Shown here one piece after another: positions 1-8,550 of a DNA stretch of 32,000 bases. The first letter of the stretch is position 1; each line of letters starts with the position of its first letter. The notes beneath the pieces are model-generated. The model was not told where the DNA came from, searched no databases, and saw nothing but the letters and a program-made list of their open reading frames with translations. The stretch lies in assembly GCA_030649345.1 (NCBI GenBank), contig JAUSKK010000046.1:7824-39823 (forward strand), written 5' to 3'. A program made the position numbers and the translations under genes. This stretch comes from Candidatus Iainarchaeum sp. GTDB lineage: Archaea > Iainarchaeota > Iainarchaeia > Iainarchaeales > 0-14-0-20-34-12.

Positions 1-919
1 CCAACATTCCAGCCGTAGCAATAATCACGGAAGGCTGCCGCAATGCTTTTTTTCGGTCTTGTTCTTTTCGAATCCATACAGTTTGATGCAATGCTTTTTT
101 CAAAGATTCATAATCTCGAAAAAAAGTAGGATACTTTAAAGAAACTGTAGAAACTTTTTGGCACATTCCATCCAAATAAATAGGAACTTCAATTTTGTAA
201 TCTACTAAAATGTCCACCATTTCTTGGGCTCGCCCTACAGCAAACGCAGGCACCAAAACAGTTCCTCCGTTTTCCAATCCTTCGTTTACTTTTTTTATGA
301 AATTTTTCTCAGTTTCTTCTCTGGAAGGATGATCTCGATCTCCATAAGTACTTTCAGTCACCACATAATTTACGTCTCCTGTTTTTAAGTCAGCAGAATT
401 ATGCAAACGAGTATCCGAAGCCCTGAAATCACCAGTATACAATAAACTTTTGTTTCCAAAATCTAACCTAGCCAAAGCACTTCCTAAAATATGACCGGCA
501 TCAAATAATTCCAGCGAAGCATGAGTTGTAATCGGCAATTGTTTTCGGAATGGCATTGGAAAAGTATATCGTTTGGTTCGTTCAATTTCGTCTTTGGAAA
601 AACTAGCATCAATTCCTTCAAAGCCTGCAATTTTTAAAGTATCATGCCATAAAATTTCCGCAATATCTAAAGTCGGAGCAGTCATATAACATAAAGCATT
701 GCTTTTCAAAAACAAATTCGGCAAATCCCCGGAATGATCTAAATGCGCATGCGATACAATGGCGGCATCAATATTCGTGCGGATAGGCAAAGGATATTGG
801 GTTTCTTCTTGACTAATTTTGATTCCGCGGTCTAAAACAATTTTTTCTCCAATATCTAACAAAAAACTGCTTCGGCCCACTTCTCTACAGCCACCTAAAC
901 CTGTTAATTGAACCGACAT
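1..919 (-). CDS. beta-CASP metallo-beta-lactamase-fold ribonuclease (aCPSF2/RNase J-like); C-terminus lies beyond the left window edge
   Basis: My own reverse-strand translation from ATG at 919 gives MSVQLTGLGGCREVGRSSFLLDIGEKIVLDRG...AAIVSHAHLDHSGDLP (HxHxDH motif), then FDAGHILGS and TESTYGDRDHPSR. The frame stays open to position 1, which explains its absence from the ORF track. It starts directly with the MBL domain, without KH domains. A TATA-like box (ctttttatttg) lies ~27 nt upstream. Confidence 0.8.
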   Translation of the reverse strand, partial: MSVQLTGLGGCREVGRSSFLLDIGEKIVLDRGIKISQEETQYPLPIRTNIDAAIVSHAHLDHSGDLPNLFLKSNALCYMTAPTLDIAEILWHDTLKIAGFEGIDASFSKDEIERTKRYTFPMPFRKQLPITTHASLELFDAGHILGSALARLDFGNKSLLYTGDFRASDTRLHNSADLKTGDVNYVVTESTYGDRDHPSREETEKNFIKKVNEGLENGGTVLVPAFAVGRAQEMVDILVDYKIEVPIYLDGMCQKVSTVSLKYPTFFRDYESLKKALHQTVWIRKEQDRKKALRQPSVIIATAGML

Positions 920-1015
920 ACTATTAATGAAGTAATTCAACAAATAAAAAGGTATGGTAACCATCCATGCAGTCTTAGACCGAAAGAATAAATAAACGAA
1001 AATCCATAGTTTACT

Positions 1016-2554
1016 ATGACTTCCAAAATAGGCTTACTGGCTTTATTTTTACTAAGCCTATTGTTTTTTGCTTTTCCAGTTCAAGCAATTTTACAATACA
1101 CAGTTCAATTGGATGGCTTGGAAGCCAGAGTTGAATTATTAATGGAATTGGACAGCCAATCTGGACCAGTGAATTATTTTGAAAGCAGCATGAATTTGCC
1201 GCCGGAAACAGAAATTGTTGCCATCTCCGACAGTCAAGGAGCAATTTCTGGCTACAGTATTAACAATGACTTATTGAGTTTTGAAACCAATTTTTCAGTA
1301 CCCAAAGAAAAAGAAGCTGTCCTAATTCAAATGACTTGGAACAATATTACAGATTCCAATTATTACCCGTTTATTGTATACAAACTTCCGTTCTCTAGCT
1401 TTACGGACACCAATACACTTTTACAAATTTCTGGAAAAAAAATTATTTCATATGCTTTAACCTCTAAAGCGAATTCTAAATACTCAGAACAACAAATTCA
1501 AATTCAAGGCATTGGACCCCAATTTGCAAGCATAGTCGTTGAAGACAGTGAAGCTGAATTAAACTTTATTCACTACCGAGCAGTCAATAAAACTGGAAAT
1601 TCTATTTCCACCGATCTTTTTCAAAAAGCAGACACAGCCTATGATTTACTTCCATTAATTTTAGGAGTTCAACCCGAATACAGTCAATTTCCGGTTGCCA
1701 TACTAACCGACATAGACTACAATCGTTTAGTGAATTCTTACAGTGAAGCTGTTCAAACTCATGGCGGTTTAATCTTAATGCGAGAATCTACTTTCACCGA
1801 CAGCATCAACGGAGCTGCTACATTATTGCATGAAACAACACACATCTTTAATTCAGCAACATTTTATTGGAACAATGACAATTACACTTCATGGTACGAT
1901 GAAGGTTTGGCTAAAATCATTGAAAGCATTGCCCGCGAAAAACTCGGAGGCACCAATGGAAACTTGTTTTATGAAGTCAAACAAGTTCAAGAAGGAAATT
2001 TAATATATTCCTATGAACCTAAAGGAAAACTAGACGAGTTATACAATTATTATCAAAACAATTTCAATTTCATGACTACTTGGACTCCAGAAAATGATTT
2101 AACTCGAGACTTTGGATATGCATTTGCTGAATTATTCTTCAAACGACATGTCAAAAATCAAGGCTGGAGTAAACTTCAAGCATTGCATAAAAAAACAGCT
2201 CAAACCAAAGTCAATGCAACTACAGTCGAAGAATTAACCCAGGAAGAACTCCAAGACTTAGGAGAAAACTTAAAGCCGTGTTATGCTTTGGATTTAGAAG
2301 TTATCAAAAATTGTCTTCAAGAAATCAATCAATTCGCTTTACCTTTGCCTGAAAAAAGCACAGTATTAACTTTAGGATCTAATGAAATTCAACTGGTTGG
2401 AAATACCCAAGTATTGGATCAAATTCAAAAAGAAAAACGAGCCCAAATTGAACTTCAAGCAAACGAATTTAAACAAGAAACACAAACAGTTATGCAACAA
2501 CTTTTAAGAGATTTAAAAAAATCATTCAAAAAAATTATTTCGTTTGGAGAATAA
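1016..2554 (+). CDS. secreted/anchored gluzincin-type zinc metallopeptidase (Peptidase_MA/M1-like active site)
   Basis: N-terminal hydrophobic signal or anchor (LLALFLLSLLFFAFPVQA). LLHETTHIF followed 19-20 residues later by WYDEGLAKI matches HExxH plus the WxxEGxA third zinc ligand of gluzincins. The C-terminus is Q/K/E-rich. A TATA-like box at 987-996 lies ~25 nt upstream of the ATG. Confidence 0.6.
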   Translation: MTSKIGLLALFLLSLLFFAFPVQAILQYTVQLDGLEARVELLMELDSQSGPVNYFESSMNLPPETEIVAISDSQGAISGYSINNDLLSFETNFSVPKEKEAVLIQMTWNNITDSNYYPFIVYKLPFSSFTDTNTLLQISGKKIISYALTSKANSKYSEQQIQIQGIGPQFASIVVEDSEAELNFIHYRAVNKTGNSISTDLFQKADTAYDLLPLILGVQPEYSQFPVAILTDIDYNRLVNSYSEAVQTHGGLILMRESTFTDSINGAATLLHETTHIFNSATFYWNNDNYTSWYDEGLAKIIESIAREKLGGTNGNLFYEVKQVQEGNLIYSYEPKGKLDELYNYYQNNFNFMTTWTPENDLTRDFGYAFAELFFKRHVKNQGWSKLQALHKKTAQTKVNATTVEELTQEELQDLGENLKPCYALDLEVIKNCLQEINQFALPLPEKSTVLTLGSNEIQLVGNTQVLDQIQKEKRAQIELQANEFKQETQTVMQQLLRDLKKSFKKIISFGE

Positions 2555-2555
2555 T

Positions 2556-3176
2556 ATGCGTGTATTGGATTTAAAACAATCTATAAAAATTTTGTCTAAA
2601 AAAATAAAATTTGCCAACCAAGTAATTGTAAACCGCGAAACAGATTTAAAAAAAATAAAAATTTCGTTTCCTTGGGTAATGAAAGCAGTCAGCCCAAAAA
2701 TTATTCACAAAACCGAATTCAAAGCAGTTCGGGTAGGCATTCAAAACCTAGAACAAGCCTATTTGACTTTAAAGGAATTGAAAAAATTGCCTGGAGTTAC
2801 CGGAATCCTAGTTCAAGAACAGGTCTTTGGGTTTGAATTAATTATTGGAGCCAAACAAGATATTCAATTCGGTCCAACGGTTTTAGTTGGGTTTGGAGGC
2901 ATTTTTACTGAAGTTTTGCAAGATTTTTCAGTACGCATTTGCCCATTGAATGAACAAACAGTCACTGAAATGCTGGAAGAACTAAAGGCATTTCCTTTGC
3001 TTTCCGGGGTTAGAAAAACACAGCCAGTAAATTTAAAAATGGTAAAACAGATTATATTATCATTAAGTCAAATAATTGAAACCAATTCCAATATTCAAGA
3101 AATTGACTTGAATCCAGTAATGGTGAATTCCAAAAAAGCCATTGCTGTAGACGCACGAATAATTTTAGAAAGGTGA
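2556..3176 (+). CDS. acdB: acetyl-CoA synthetase (ADP-forming) beta subunit, ATP-grasp domain
   Basis: FPWVMKAVSPKIIHKTEFKAVRVG, ELIIGAKQDIQFGPTVLVGFGGIFTEVLQDFSVRICPL and IQEIDLNPVMV...AVDARI are typical of the ACD beta/ATP-grasp_5 family. I prefer ATG 2556, with GGAG at 2546-2549 six nt upstream, over the track's TTG at 2544. Confidence 0.8.
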   Translation: MRVLDLKQSIKILSKKIKFANQVIVNRETDLKKIKISFPWVMKAVSPKIIHKTEFKAVRVGIQNLEQAYLTLKELKKLPGVTGILVQEQVFGFELIIGAKQDIQFGPTVLVGFGGIFTEVLQDFSVRICPLNEQTVTEMLEELKAFPLLSGVRKTQPVNLKMVKQIILSLSQIIETNSNIQEIDLNPVMVNSKKAIAVDARIILER

Positions 3177-3181
3177 ACACC

Positions 3182-3598
3182 ATGGTAAATAAATTTGCAA
3201 TGTATCCAGATGAAAATCCAGGAAATATACCGAGTGAAATTATCCAGCTTCATTTAGTGCGGCCAGTAAAAGTAGATTTATTGGAAAAAGTATTGGCTCG
3301 ATGTCCAAGAATTGAAAGTATTACCATGAGCACCAGTACCAAAAAAAGATTGGCTGAAGACGTAGAAAAATTAATCCGCACAAAAGGAATTACTTTAAAA
3401 CTTGAACAAAACAGAGGAAGGGCCATTGAAATTGGTTTAGATAAAATGCTGCAAGCCATTGAATTACGAAAAGATTACAGAACACTCAGAGATATTGAAA
3501 AAGTCACAGGAATACCCAAAAGCACAATTCACTATTTGGTAAGATATGCGAAACGAAACAAAATCAAAAAAGGAAAAGAAATTGTGTATTTAAAATAA
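3182..3598 (+). CDS. small helix-turn-helix protein (resolvase-type HTH at C-terminus), function unknown
   Basis: C-terminal YRTLRDIEKVTGIPKSTIHYLVRYAKR resembles an HTH_7/resolvase-type HTH. I prefer ATG 3182 because AGGTGA (3171-3176) lies just upstream. The acdB stop TGA sits inside this Shine-Dalgarno sequence. Confidence 0.45.
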   Translation: MVNKFAMYPDENPGNIPSEIIQLHLVRPVKVDLLEKVLARCPRIESITMSTSTKKRLAEDVEKLIRTKGITLKLEQNRGRAIEIGLDKMLQAIELRKDYRTLRDIEKVTGIPKSTIHYLVRYAKRNKIKKGKEIVYLK

Positions 3599-3639
3599 GG
3601 AAATGAAAAAATACACCATTACTCAAAAGACGAAACCTA

Positions 3640-3789
3640 GTTAGTAGGCTTTTGCATCAGTCCACACTTCATCGTCTTTATTATTCCAGAAATCTAAATC
3701 AGCCAATTCAACCCAATGACCCCAGTCTTCTTTTTTCTTTTTCTTAATTTTTTTAAATACTCTATTTGATTTCTGCAACTTAAGTACCA
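3640..3789 (-). CDS. possible 49-aa small protein (hypothetical), below the ORF-track size cutoff
   Basis: My own translation gives MVLKLQKSNRVFKKIKKKKKEDWGHWVELADLDFWNNKDDEVWTDAKAY*. The ATG lies 6 nt downstream of the nadA stop. It has a basic N-terminus and an acidic, Trp-rich C-terminus. No family was recognised and there is no clear SD. Confidence 0.25.
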
Positions 3790-3795
3790 TAATGA

Positions 3796-4809
3796 TTACT
3801 TTCCAGTCAATTCAAACATTTTATTCAAAGTATTTAAGGCACGCAGTCGAATAATTTCTGGAACAGTGATTTCATTTTTTTCTTCTTTCAATGTTTTCAA
3901 TACATTTTCCAGATTTATTTTTTTCATATGCGGACAAATACTGCAGGGAGTAATGAATTGTTTGGCTGGAAATTTTTCCCGTAAAACATCGCTCATTCCG
4001 CACTCAGTCACAATTACAAATTCATTTGCAGAAGACTGTTGCACGTATTTAGTCATATCCGAAGTTCCACCCACCAAGTCTGCTTGTTGAACCACTTCTT
4101 GCTTGCATTCCAAGTGAGCTAAAATTTTGGCATTCGGATAAATTTTTTTATATTGAACCAATTGATGTTCCGTAAAAGTTTCATGCACAATACACAAGCC
4201 ATTCCAAGCAATAATTTCTTTTTCCGGAATCAGTTTAGCTAAATTGGCAGCCATGTATTGATCCGGCAAATACACGATTTGTTTTTGAGGCAAAGCCTGA
4301 ATAATCTTTACGGAATTGGCACTCGTGCAGCAAACATCGCATTCGGCTTTCACTTCAGCACTGGTGTTTACATAACACACAAAAGCCGCATTGGGGTATT
4401 GTTTGCGCAAATTTCGTACATCTTGCCCAGTAATGCTTTCTGCTAAACTACAACCCGCATCCAAAGCAGGCAATAAAACTTGCTTTTCTGGATTTACAAT
4501 TTTTGCAGTTTCTGCCATAAAATGGACACCGCAAAAAACAATTCGTTTTGCTTGAGTTTCTTTTGCTTTTCTGCTTAACTCCAAAGAATCTCCGACAAAA
4601 TCAGCAATTCCAAACACAATTTCCGGCAATTGATAATTATGAGCTAAAATTACGGCATTTTTTTCTTGCTTTAAGCGATTAATTTCTAAAGTCAAAGGCG
4701 CTAACAGCAAACAGTCATTCAAACCATAACCCAGCAAATTCATTTTTGAATGCAAACGCACAGCTTCTTGTTGAATTTCGTCTGAAACTTGCCGGGTACT
4801 CAAAGTCAT
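3796..4809 (-). CDS. nadA: quinolinate synthase NadA
   Basis: ILAHNYQ, VFCGVHFMAETAKI, CSLAESI, VCYVNTSAEVKA, CTSANSV and the C-terminal CPHMK are typical NadA blocks. The size fits at 337 aa. Confidence 0.9.
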   Translation of the reverse strand: MTLSTRQVSDEIQQEAVRLHSKMNLLGYGLNDCLLLAPLTLEINRLKQEKNAVILAHNYQLPEIVFGIADFVGDSLELSRKAKETQAKRIVFCGVHFMAETAKIVNPEKQVLLPALDAGCSLAESITGQDVRNLRKQYPNAAFVCYVNTSAEVKAECDVCCTSANSVKIIQALPQKQIVYLPDQYMAANLAKLIPEKEIIAWNGLCIVHETFTEHQLVQYKKIYPNAKILAHLECKQEVVQQADLVGGTSDMTKYVQQSSANEFVIVTECGMSDVLREKFPAKQFITPCSICPHMKKINLENVLKTLKEEKNEITVPEIIRLRALNTLNKMFELTGK

Positions 4810-4830
4810 ATAAAAACTGATTCAGAACTG

Positions 4831-4898
4831 TTTAAATGAGTAATGCAATAGTTAGCAAACAATATCTATTGCTTTATACAGCACATTACTCATTTAAA
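4831..4898. promoter_or_regulatory. perfect 15-bp inverted repeat (with nested 6-bp inverted repeat) in the nadA / ORF4990 divergent intergenic region; candidate operator overlapping the nadA TATA box
   Basis: TTTAAATGAGTAATG (4831-4845) is the exact reverse complement of CATTACTCATTTAAA (4884-4898). The nested pair is CAATAG (4846-4851) and CTATTG (4866-4871). The left arm is centred ~26 nt upstream of the nadA ATG (4809). Confidence 0.5.
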
Positions 4899-4959
4899 AA
4901 AAAGAAGCAAAGTTAGAACAATCCTAGAAACCTTGGTTGACTCAGCTGAAGGCGAAACC

Positions 4960-4968
4960 TTTTTATAA
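4960..4968 (+). promoter_or_regulatory. TATA-box-like element positioned for a leaderless transcript of ORF 4990
   Basis: tttttataa is centred ~26 nt upstream of the ATG, with no SD in between. Confidence 0.35.
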
Positions 4969-4989
4969 CACAAATTCCTTTATGAGTAC

Positions 4990-5379
4990 ATGAGCTTAAC
5001 CAACCAAGAATTAGAAAACAAAATCAATGAATGGATGCGCCACGGAGACATTGAAAAAATGCAATGGGCTGAAAATATCCAAAAAAAACTTTTAGCTTCC
5101 AGCATTCAAAGAATTAAACAAAACGATAAAACAGTCTTGCGCGAAATCGTTTTACCCAAATGGCTGGATTGGGATTTATTGCGTGCATTAATTGACCGAA
5201 AACCAGTGAAAGACACTACCGGACGTCATTGTATTTTGTGCGATATGCTGTACGATAATGGAATTCATTTTAATGAAAAATTTATATGCGAAAGCTGTTT
5301 TCTAAAACTAAAATATTTAGATGTTCACAAACAAGCCGATCCAATGCAATTGCCCAGTGAAAGTGAATGGATTCCTTAA
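4990..5379 (+). CDS. hypothetical protein with C-terminal CxxC...CxxC zinc-ribbon
   Basis: HCILCDMLYDNGIHFNEKFICESCF contains four Cys in a zinc-ribbon arrangement. No family was recognised. A TATA-like tttttataa at 4960-4968 is centred ~26 nt upstream of the ATG, which suggests a leaderless mRNA. Confidence 0.5.
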   Translation: MSLTNQELENKINEWMRHGDIEKMQWAENIQKKLLASSIQRIKQNDKTVLREIVLPKWLDWDLLRALIDRKPVKDTTGRHCILCDMLYDNGIHFNEKFICESCFLKLKYLDVHKQADPMQLPSESEWIP

Positions 5380-5434
5380 AATGAATTTTGCCACATCAGC
5401 AGTGAATAATTGAAAAATACACTGCATCACTCAT

Positions 5435-6709
5435 TTAAAGAATTTGTTTTAAACCTTTTTTTCCAATATCTTTTCTATACTGCATTCCTTCAAATGAAAT
5501 TTGACTAACCGCAGCATATACATCGGTAATCGCCTGCGCTAAATTGGGAGCAGTTGCAATTACATTTAACACTCGGCCGCCGTTTGAAAAAAATTGGCCA
5601 TCTTTTTTAATGGTTGCTGCATGAAGAATTTCAATGTTTTTTGAAAAAACTGAATCCAATCCAAAAATTTGTTTTCCAATTTCAGGTTTTTCTGGATATC
5701 CGGGAGAAGCTAAAACTACACAAACACAAACATCGTTTTTCCATTTCACTTGAACTTGACTTAATTTGCTTTTACAGCAGCCTTCAATAATTTCCAATAA
5801 ATCAGACTCCAATAAAGCCAATACAACTTGTGCCTCTGGATCGCCCAATCTGCAATTGTATTCCAAAACATACGGTTTATTGTTGTGAATCATTAATCCA
5901 GCATACAATACGCCGCGAAATTCAGCCCCTTCTTTTCGCAAAGCATCTAAAGTAGGGCCAATAATAGTTTCATCAATTTCTTTTTTCAACAAAGCATCCA
6001 TTAAAGGAATTGGCGCATAGGCTCCCATTCCACCGGTATTCCAGCCTAAATCATTATCCAATAAACGTTTGTGGTCTTGTACAAAAGGCATGGAAACAAA
6101 ATTTTTTCCATCCGTGAAAACCATTACACTTACTTCAAAGCCCCGTAATTTTTCCTGCAATAAAACTTTCTCGGAGGCTTTTCCAAATTTTTTCTTAACC
6201 ATAAAATCATGCAATGCTTGCGTTACTTCTGCTTGAGTTTCAGCCACAATGACTCCTTTCCCTGCAGCCAAGCCGTCTGCTTTTACAACCAATTCACCCG
6301 AATACTCTTGCAAGAACTCAATGGCTTTATTAAAATCTGAAAACCCCCAGCCCTGCGGACTCGGAATTTCGTATTTTTGCAATAAATCATTGCAAAAAAT
6401 TTTGCTGCCTTCAATTTGTGCAGCTTTTTTTCTAGGCCCAAAAATAAATAAACCTTTTTTTTCAAATACATCCACAATTCCGTTTACTAACGGAGTTTCC
6501 GGGGCCACAATGGTTACAACAATATTTTTTTCAATTGCAAAATTAGATAATTGTTCAAAATCAGATGTATCTAAAGCAACATTTTCTGCAATTTCTGCAG
6601 TGCCTGCATTTCCTGGAACACAATATATTTTTTTAGCTCGGCCTTGCTGTCGAAACTTTAAGACCAAAGCATGCATTCTAGCACCATGACCAATTACCAG
6701 TACATTCAT
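5435..6709 (-). CDS. purD: phosphoribosylamine--glycine ligase PurD
   Basis: MNVLVIGHGARMHAL, VVKADGLAAGKGV, EFRGVLYAGLM and LEYNCRLGDPE match PurD N-terminal/ATP-grasp blocks. I prefer the internal ATG at 6709. The 13 upstream residues in the track ORF are hydrophobic junk, and a TATA-like ctttttaattg lies ~27-30 nt upstream of 6709. Confidence 0.9.
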   Translation of the reverse strand: MNVLVIGHGARMHALVLKFRQQGRAKKIYCVPGNAGTAEIAENVALDTSDFEQLSNFAIEKNIVVTIVAPETPLVNGIVDVFEKKGLFIFGPRKKAAQIEGSKIFCNDLLQKYEIPSPQGWGFSDFNKAIEFLQEYSGELVVKADGLAAGKGVIVAETQAEVTQALHDFMVKKKFGKASEKVLLQEKLRGFEVSVMVFTDGKNFVSMPFVQDHKRLLDNDLGWNTGGMGAYAPIPLMDALLKKEIDETIIGPTLDALRKEGAEFRGVLYAGLMIHNNKPYVLEYNCRLGDPEAQVVLALLESDLLEIIEGCCKSKLSQVQVKWKNDVCVCVVLASPGYPEKPEIGKQIFGLDSVFSKNIEILHAATIKKDGQFFSNGGRVLNVIATAPNLAQAITDVYAAVSQISFEGMQYRKDIGKKGLKQIL

Positions 6710-6817
6710 ATAGAAGACCAATAAGAAAACAATTAAAAAGCATACCACTTGAAAATGACTGCATCTTGCTGAAAACTAAGAAAGGCTTTTATTCCAAAAC
6801 AACTTAATAGATAATCT

Positions 6818-7498
6818 ATGATTAAAGCAGTCTTATTTGATTTAGATAATACTTTGGTAGACTTTGTTAAAATGAAACACCAAGCCAGCGAAGCTGCAGT
6901 TTCAGCCATGGTGGATGCCGGATTAAATATCCATGAAGAAAAAGGAATTCGAAAACTATTTCAAATGTACAAAAAGCATGGATTTGAAAATCAAAAAATT
7001 TTCAACAAATTCATAAAACAAGAACACGGATTTGTGGACTATAAATTATTAGCCAATGCCATTGTAGCTTACCGGAAAGTACGCGCCAGCCATGTTCAAC
7101 CCTATCCGCACACGCGTCAAGTTCTTTTAAATTTAAGAGATCAAGGAATCAAAATAGGGATTGTCAGCGACGCTCCTAAACTACAAGCTTGGACTAGACT
7201 GGTTGAATTAAACTTACAGGATTTCTTCAATGTAGTTATTGCAGTAGGCGGTACTGGAAAAGAAAAACCCAATGCAATTCCATTTCGTCAAGCATGCCAA
7301 AAACTCAAAATTCCAGCCAGTGAAATTTTATTTGTAGGCGATAACCCTAAACGAGATATTCAGGGAGCCCAAAAAGTCGGAATGAAAACAGCTTTAGCAA
7401 AATATGGACAATTTGCATTCGGAAAATCCAAAGCAGACTATGTAATTAAAAATATTAATGATATTCTGAATATTGTAAAAAAAGAAAACAAAAACTAG
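6818..7498 (+). CDS. HAD-superfamily phosphatase
   Basis: The DxDxT motif is in AVLFDLDNTLVDF. IGIVSDAP (motif II), K at GKEKPN and FVGDNPKRDIQGA (motif IV) are also present. Confidence 0.8.
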   Translation: MIKAVLFDLDNTLVDFVKMKHQASEAAVSAMVDAGLNIHEEKGIRKLFQMYKKHGFENQKIFNKFIKQEHGFVDYKLLANAIVAYRKVRASHVQPYPHTRQVLLNLRDQGIKIGIVSDAPKLQAWTRLVELNLQDFFNVVIAVGGTGKEKPNAIPFRQACQKLKIPASEILFVGDNPKRDIQGAQKVGMKTALAKYGQFAFGKSKADYVIKNINDILNIVKKENKN

Positions 7499-8508
7499 CC
7501 TAAATATTCTTTAAGTTTTGCAGTTGAATCTATTTTTTTAACAAGTTTAGTGAATTCAGCTAAAAAAAGCAAGATTAATTTTTCCGAAACATTGTTTTCC
7601 GAAACAAAACTTCCAATCGCATTATGGCCGCCAAAGTTTCCGTTAATTGTTTTTTGGATATTAAAGAAAATATCTTTGGTTAAATTTAGTTTAAGTCTGG
7701 AAAGAACATACGGACTTAAACAAACGCGCAGAGTAGTTTGATTTTTTCGTTTTTCAAATTCGCAAAAAATAATTCCATCAGCGCCTCCCAGCAACAATGA
7801 ATTCAGTGCAAAACTTCCGCCCAAAGGCAAAACCATTAATGCAAATTCACCGGAACGAAAAATACGCGCTTGCCGCATTGCTTTCAGGGACGCTAATTTG
7901 GAACTAAAATCTGCATGATGAGACAACAAAGCCAATAAGTCAGTGTACGACCAAGAACTGAGTTTCAGCAATTCATGCATAACTTCAAACGTGTAAGTAC
8001 GGGCATGCGCAAATTGAGCTGAGTCTGAAATTAAACCTAAAGCCAGCAAAGTTGTTTGTTGTTCAGTTAATTTCTTTTTGTAAACTTGGCACAATTTGAA
8101 CAACCATTCAGTTGTGGAAATAGCTTCTGGATCCAGAAGTTGATTGGATTTAGGAATAAATGAAAAATTAGAAATCGAATGATGATCTATTAAAAAAATA
8201 GCCCCATAAAAGTTTTCTAAATCTTTTTTTAATCCACCAATACGTTCCAGAGAACTGGTTTCAATTAATACAATGGAATCAAATTCACTTAAAACAGGAT
8301 TTACAATATATGCAATGTCAAATTGTTCCGCAATGCGTTTGGCTGCAGCCGTGCAATTTTCCGGAATTCCAATTTCAATTTTTTTGTTTTTATAAAACGA
8401 TTTAATAACTGCTGCACTGCATATAGCATCCGGATCAGCACCTTGGTGGGTTAATAAAAGTATTTTTCCTTCAAAGTTTTTGGAATTAAATAAAAAAGGT
8501 GCAACCAT
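7495..8508 (-). CDS. DHH/DHHA1 family phosphoesterase (NrnA-like nanoRNase/pAp phosphatase type)
   Basis: LLLTHQGADPDAICSA (DHH motifs I/II), FLIDHHS (DHH) and NFGGHNAIGSF (DHHA1 GGH). Its stop codon overlaps the convergent HAD stop within the palindrome CTAG at 7495-7498. Confidence 0.75.
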   Translation of the reverse strand: MVAPFLFNSKNFEGKILLLTHQGADPDAICSAAVIKSFYKNKKIEIGIPENCTAAAKRIAEQFDIAYIVNPVLSEFDSIVLIETSSLERIGGLKKDLENFYGAIFLIDHHSISNFSFIPKSNQLLDPEAISTTEWLFKLCQVYKKKLTEQQTTLLALGLISDSAQFAHARTYTFEVMHELLKLSSWSYTDLLALLSHHADFSSKLASLKAMRQARIFRSGEFALMVLPLGGSFALNSLLLGGADGIIFCEFEKRKNQTTLRVCLSPYVLSRLKLNLTKDIFFNIQKTINGNFGGHNAIGSFVSENNVSEKLILLFLAEFTKLVKKIDSTAKLKEYLG

Positions 8509-8550
8509 TCAGTAAATAGGTTGTTTTTGAAAAATAAAAAGATTTGGCTG

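Noticed and set aside
6249-6689. 146-aa plus-strand ORF (also 6283-6477 minus) inside the purD region
   Set aside because: It lies antisense to or out of frame with a full-length, motif-rich PurD gene. The product is low-complexity with no recognisable motifs, so it is a shadow ORF.
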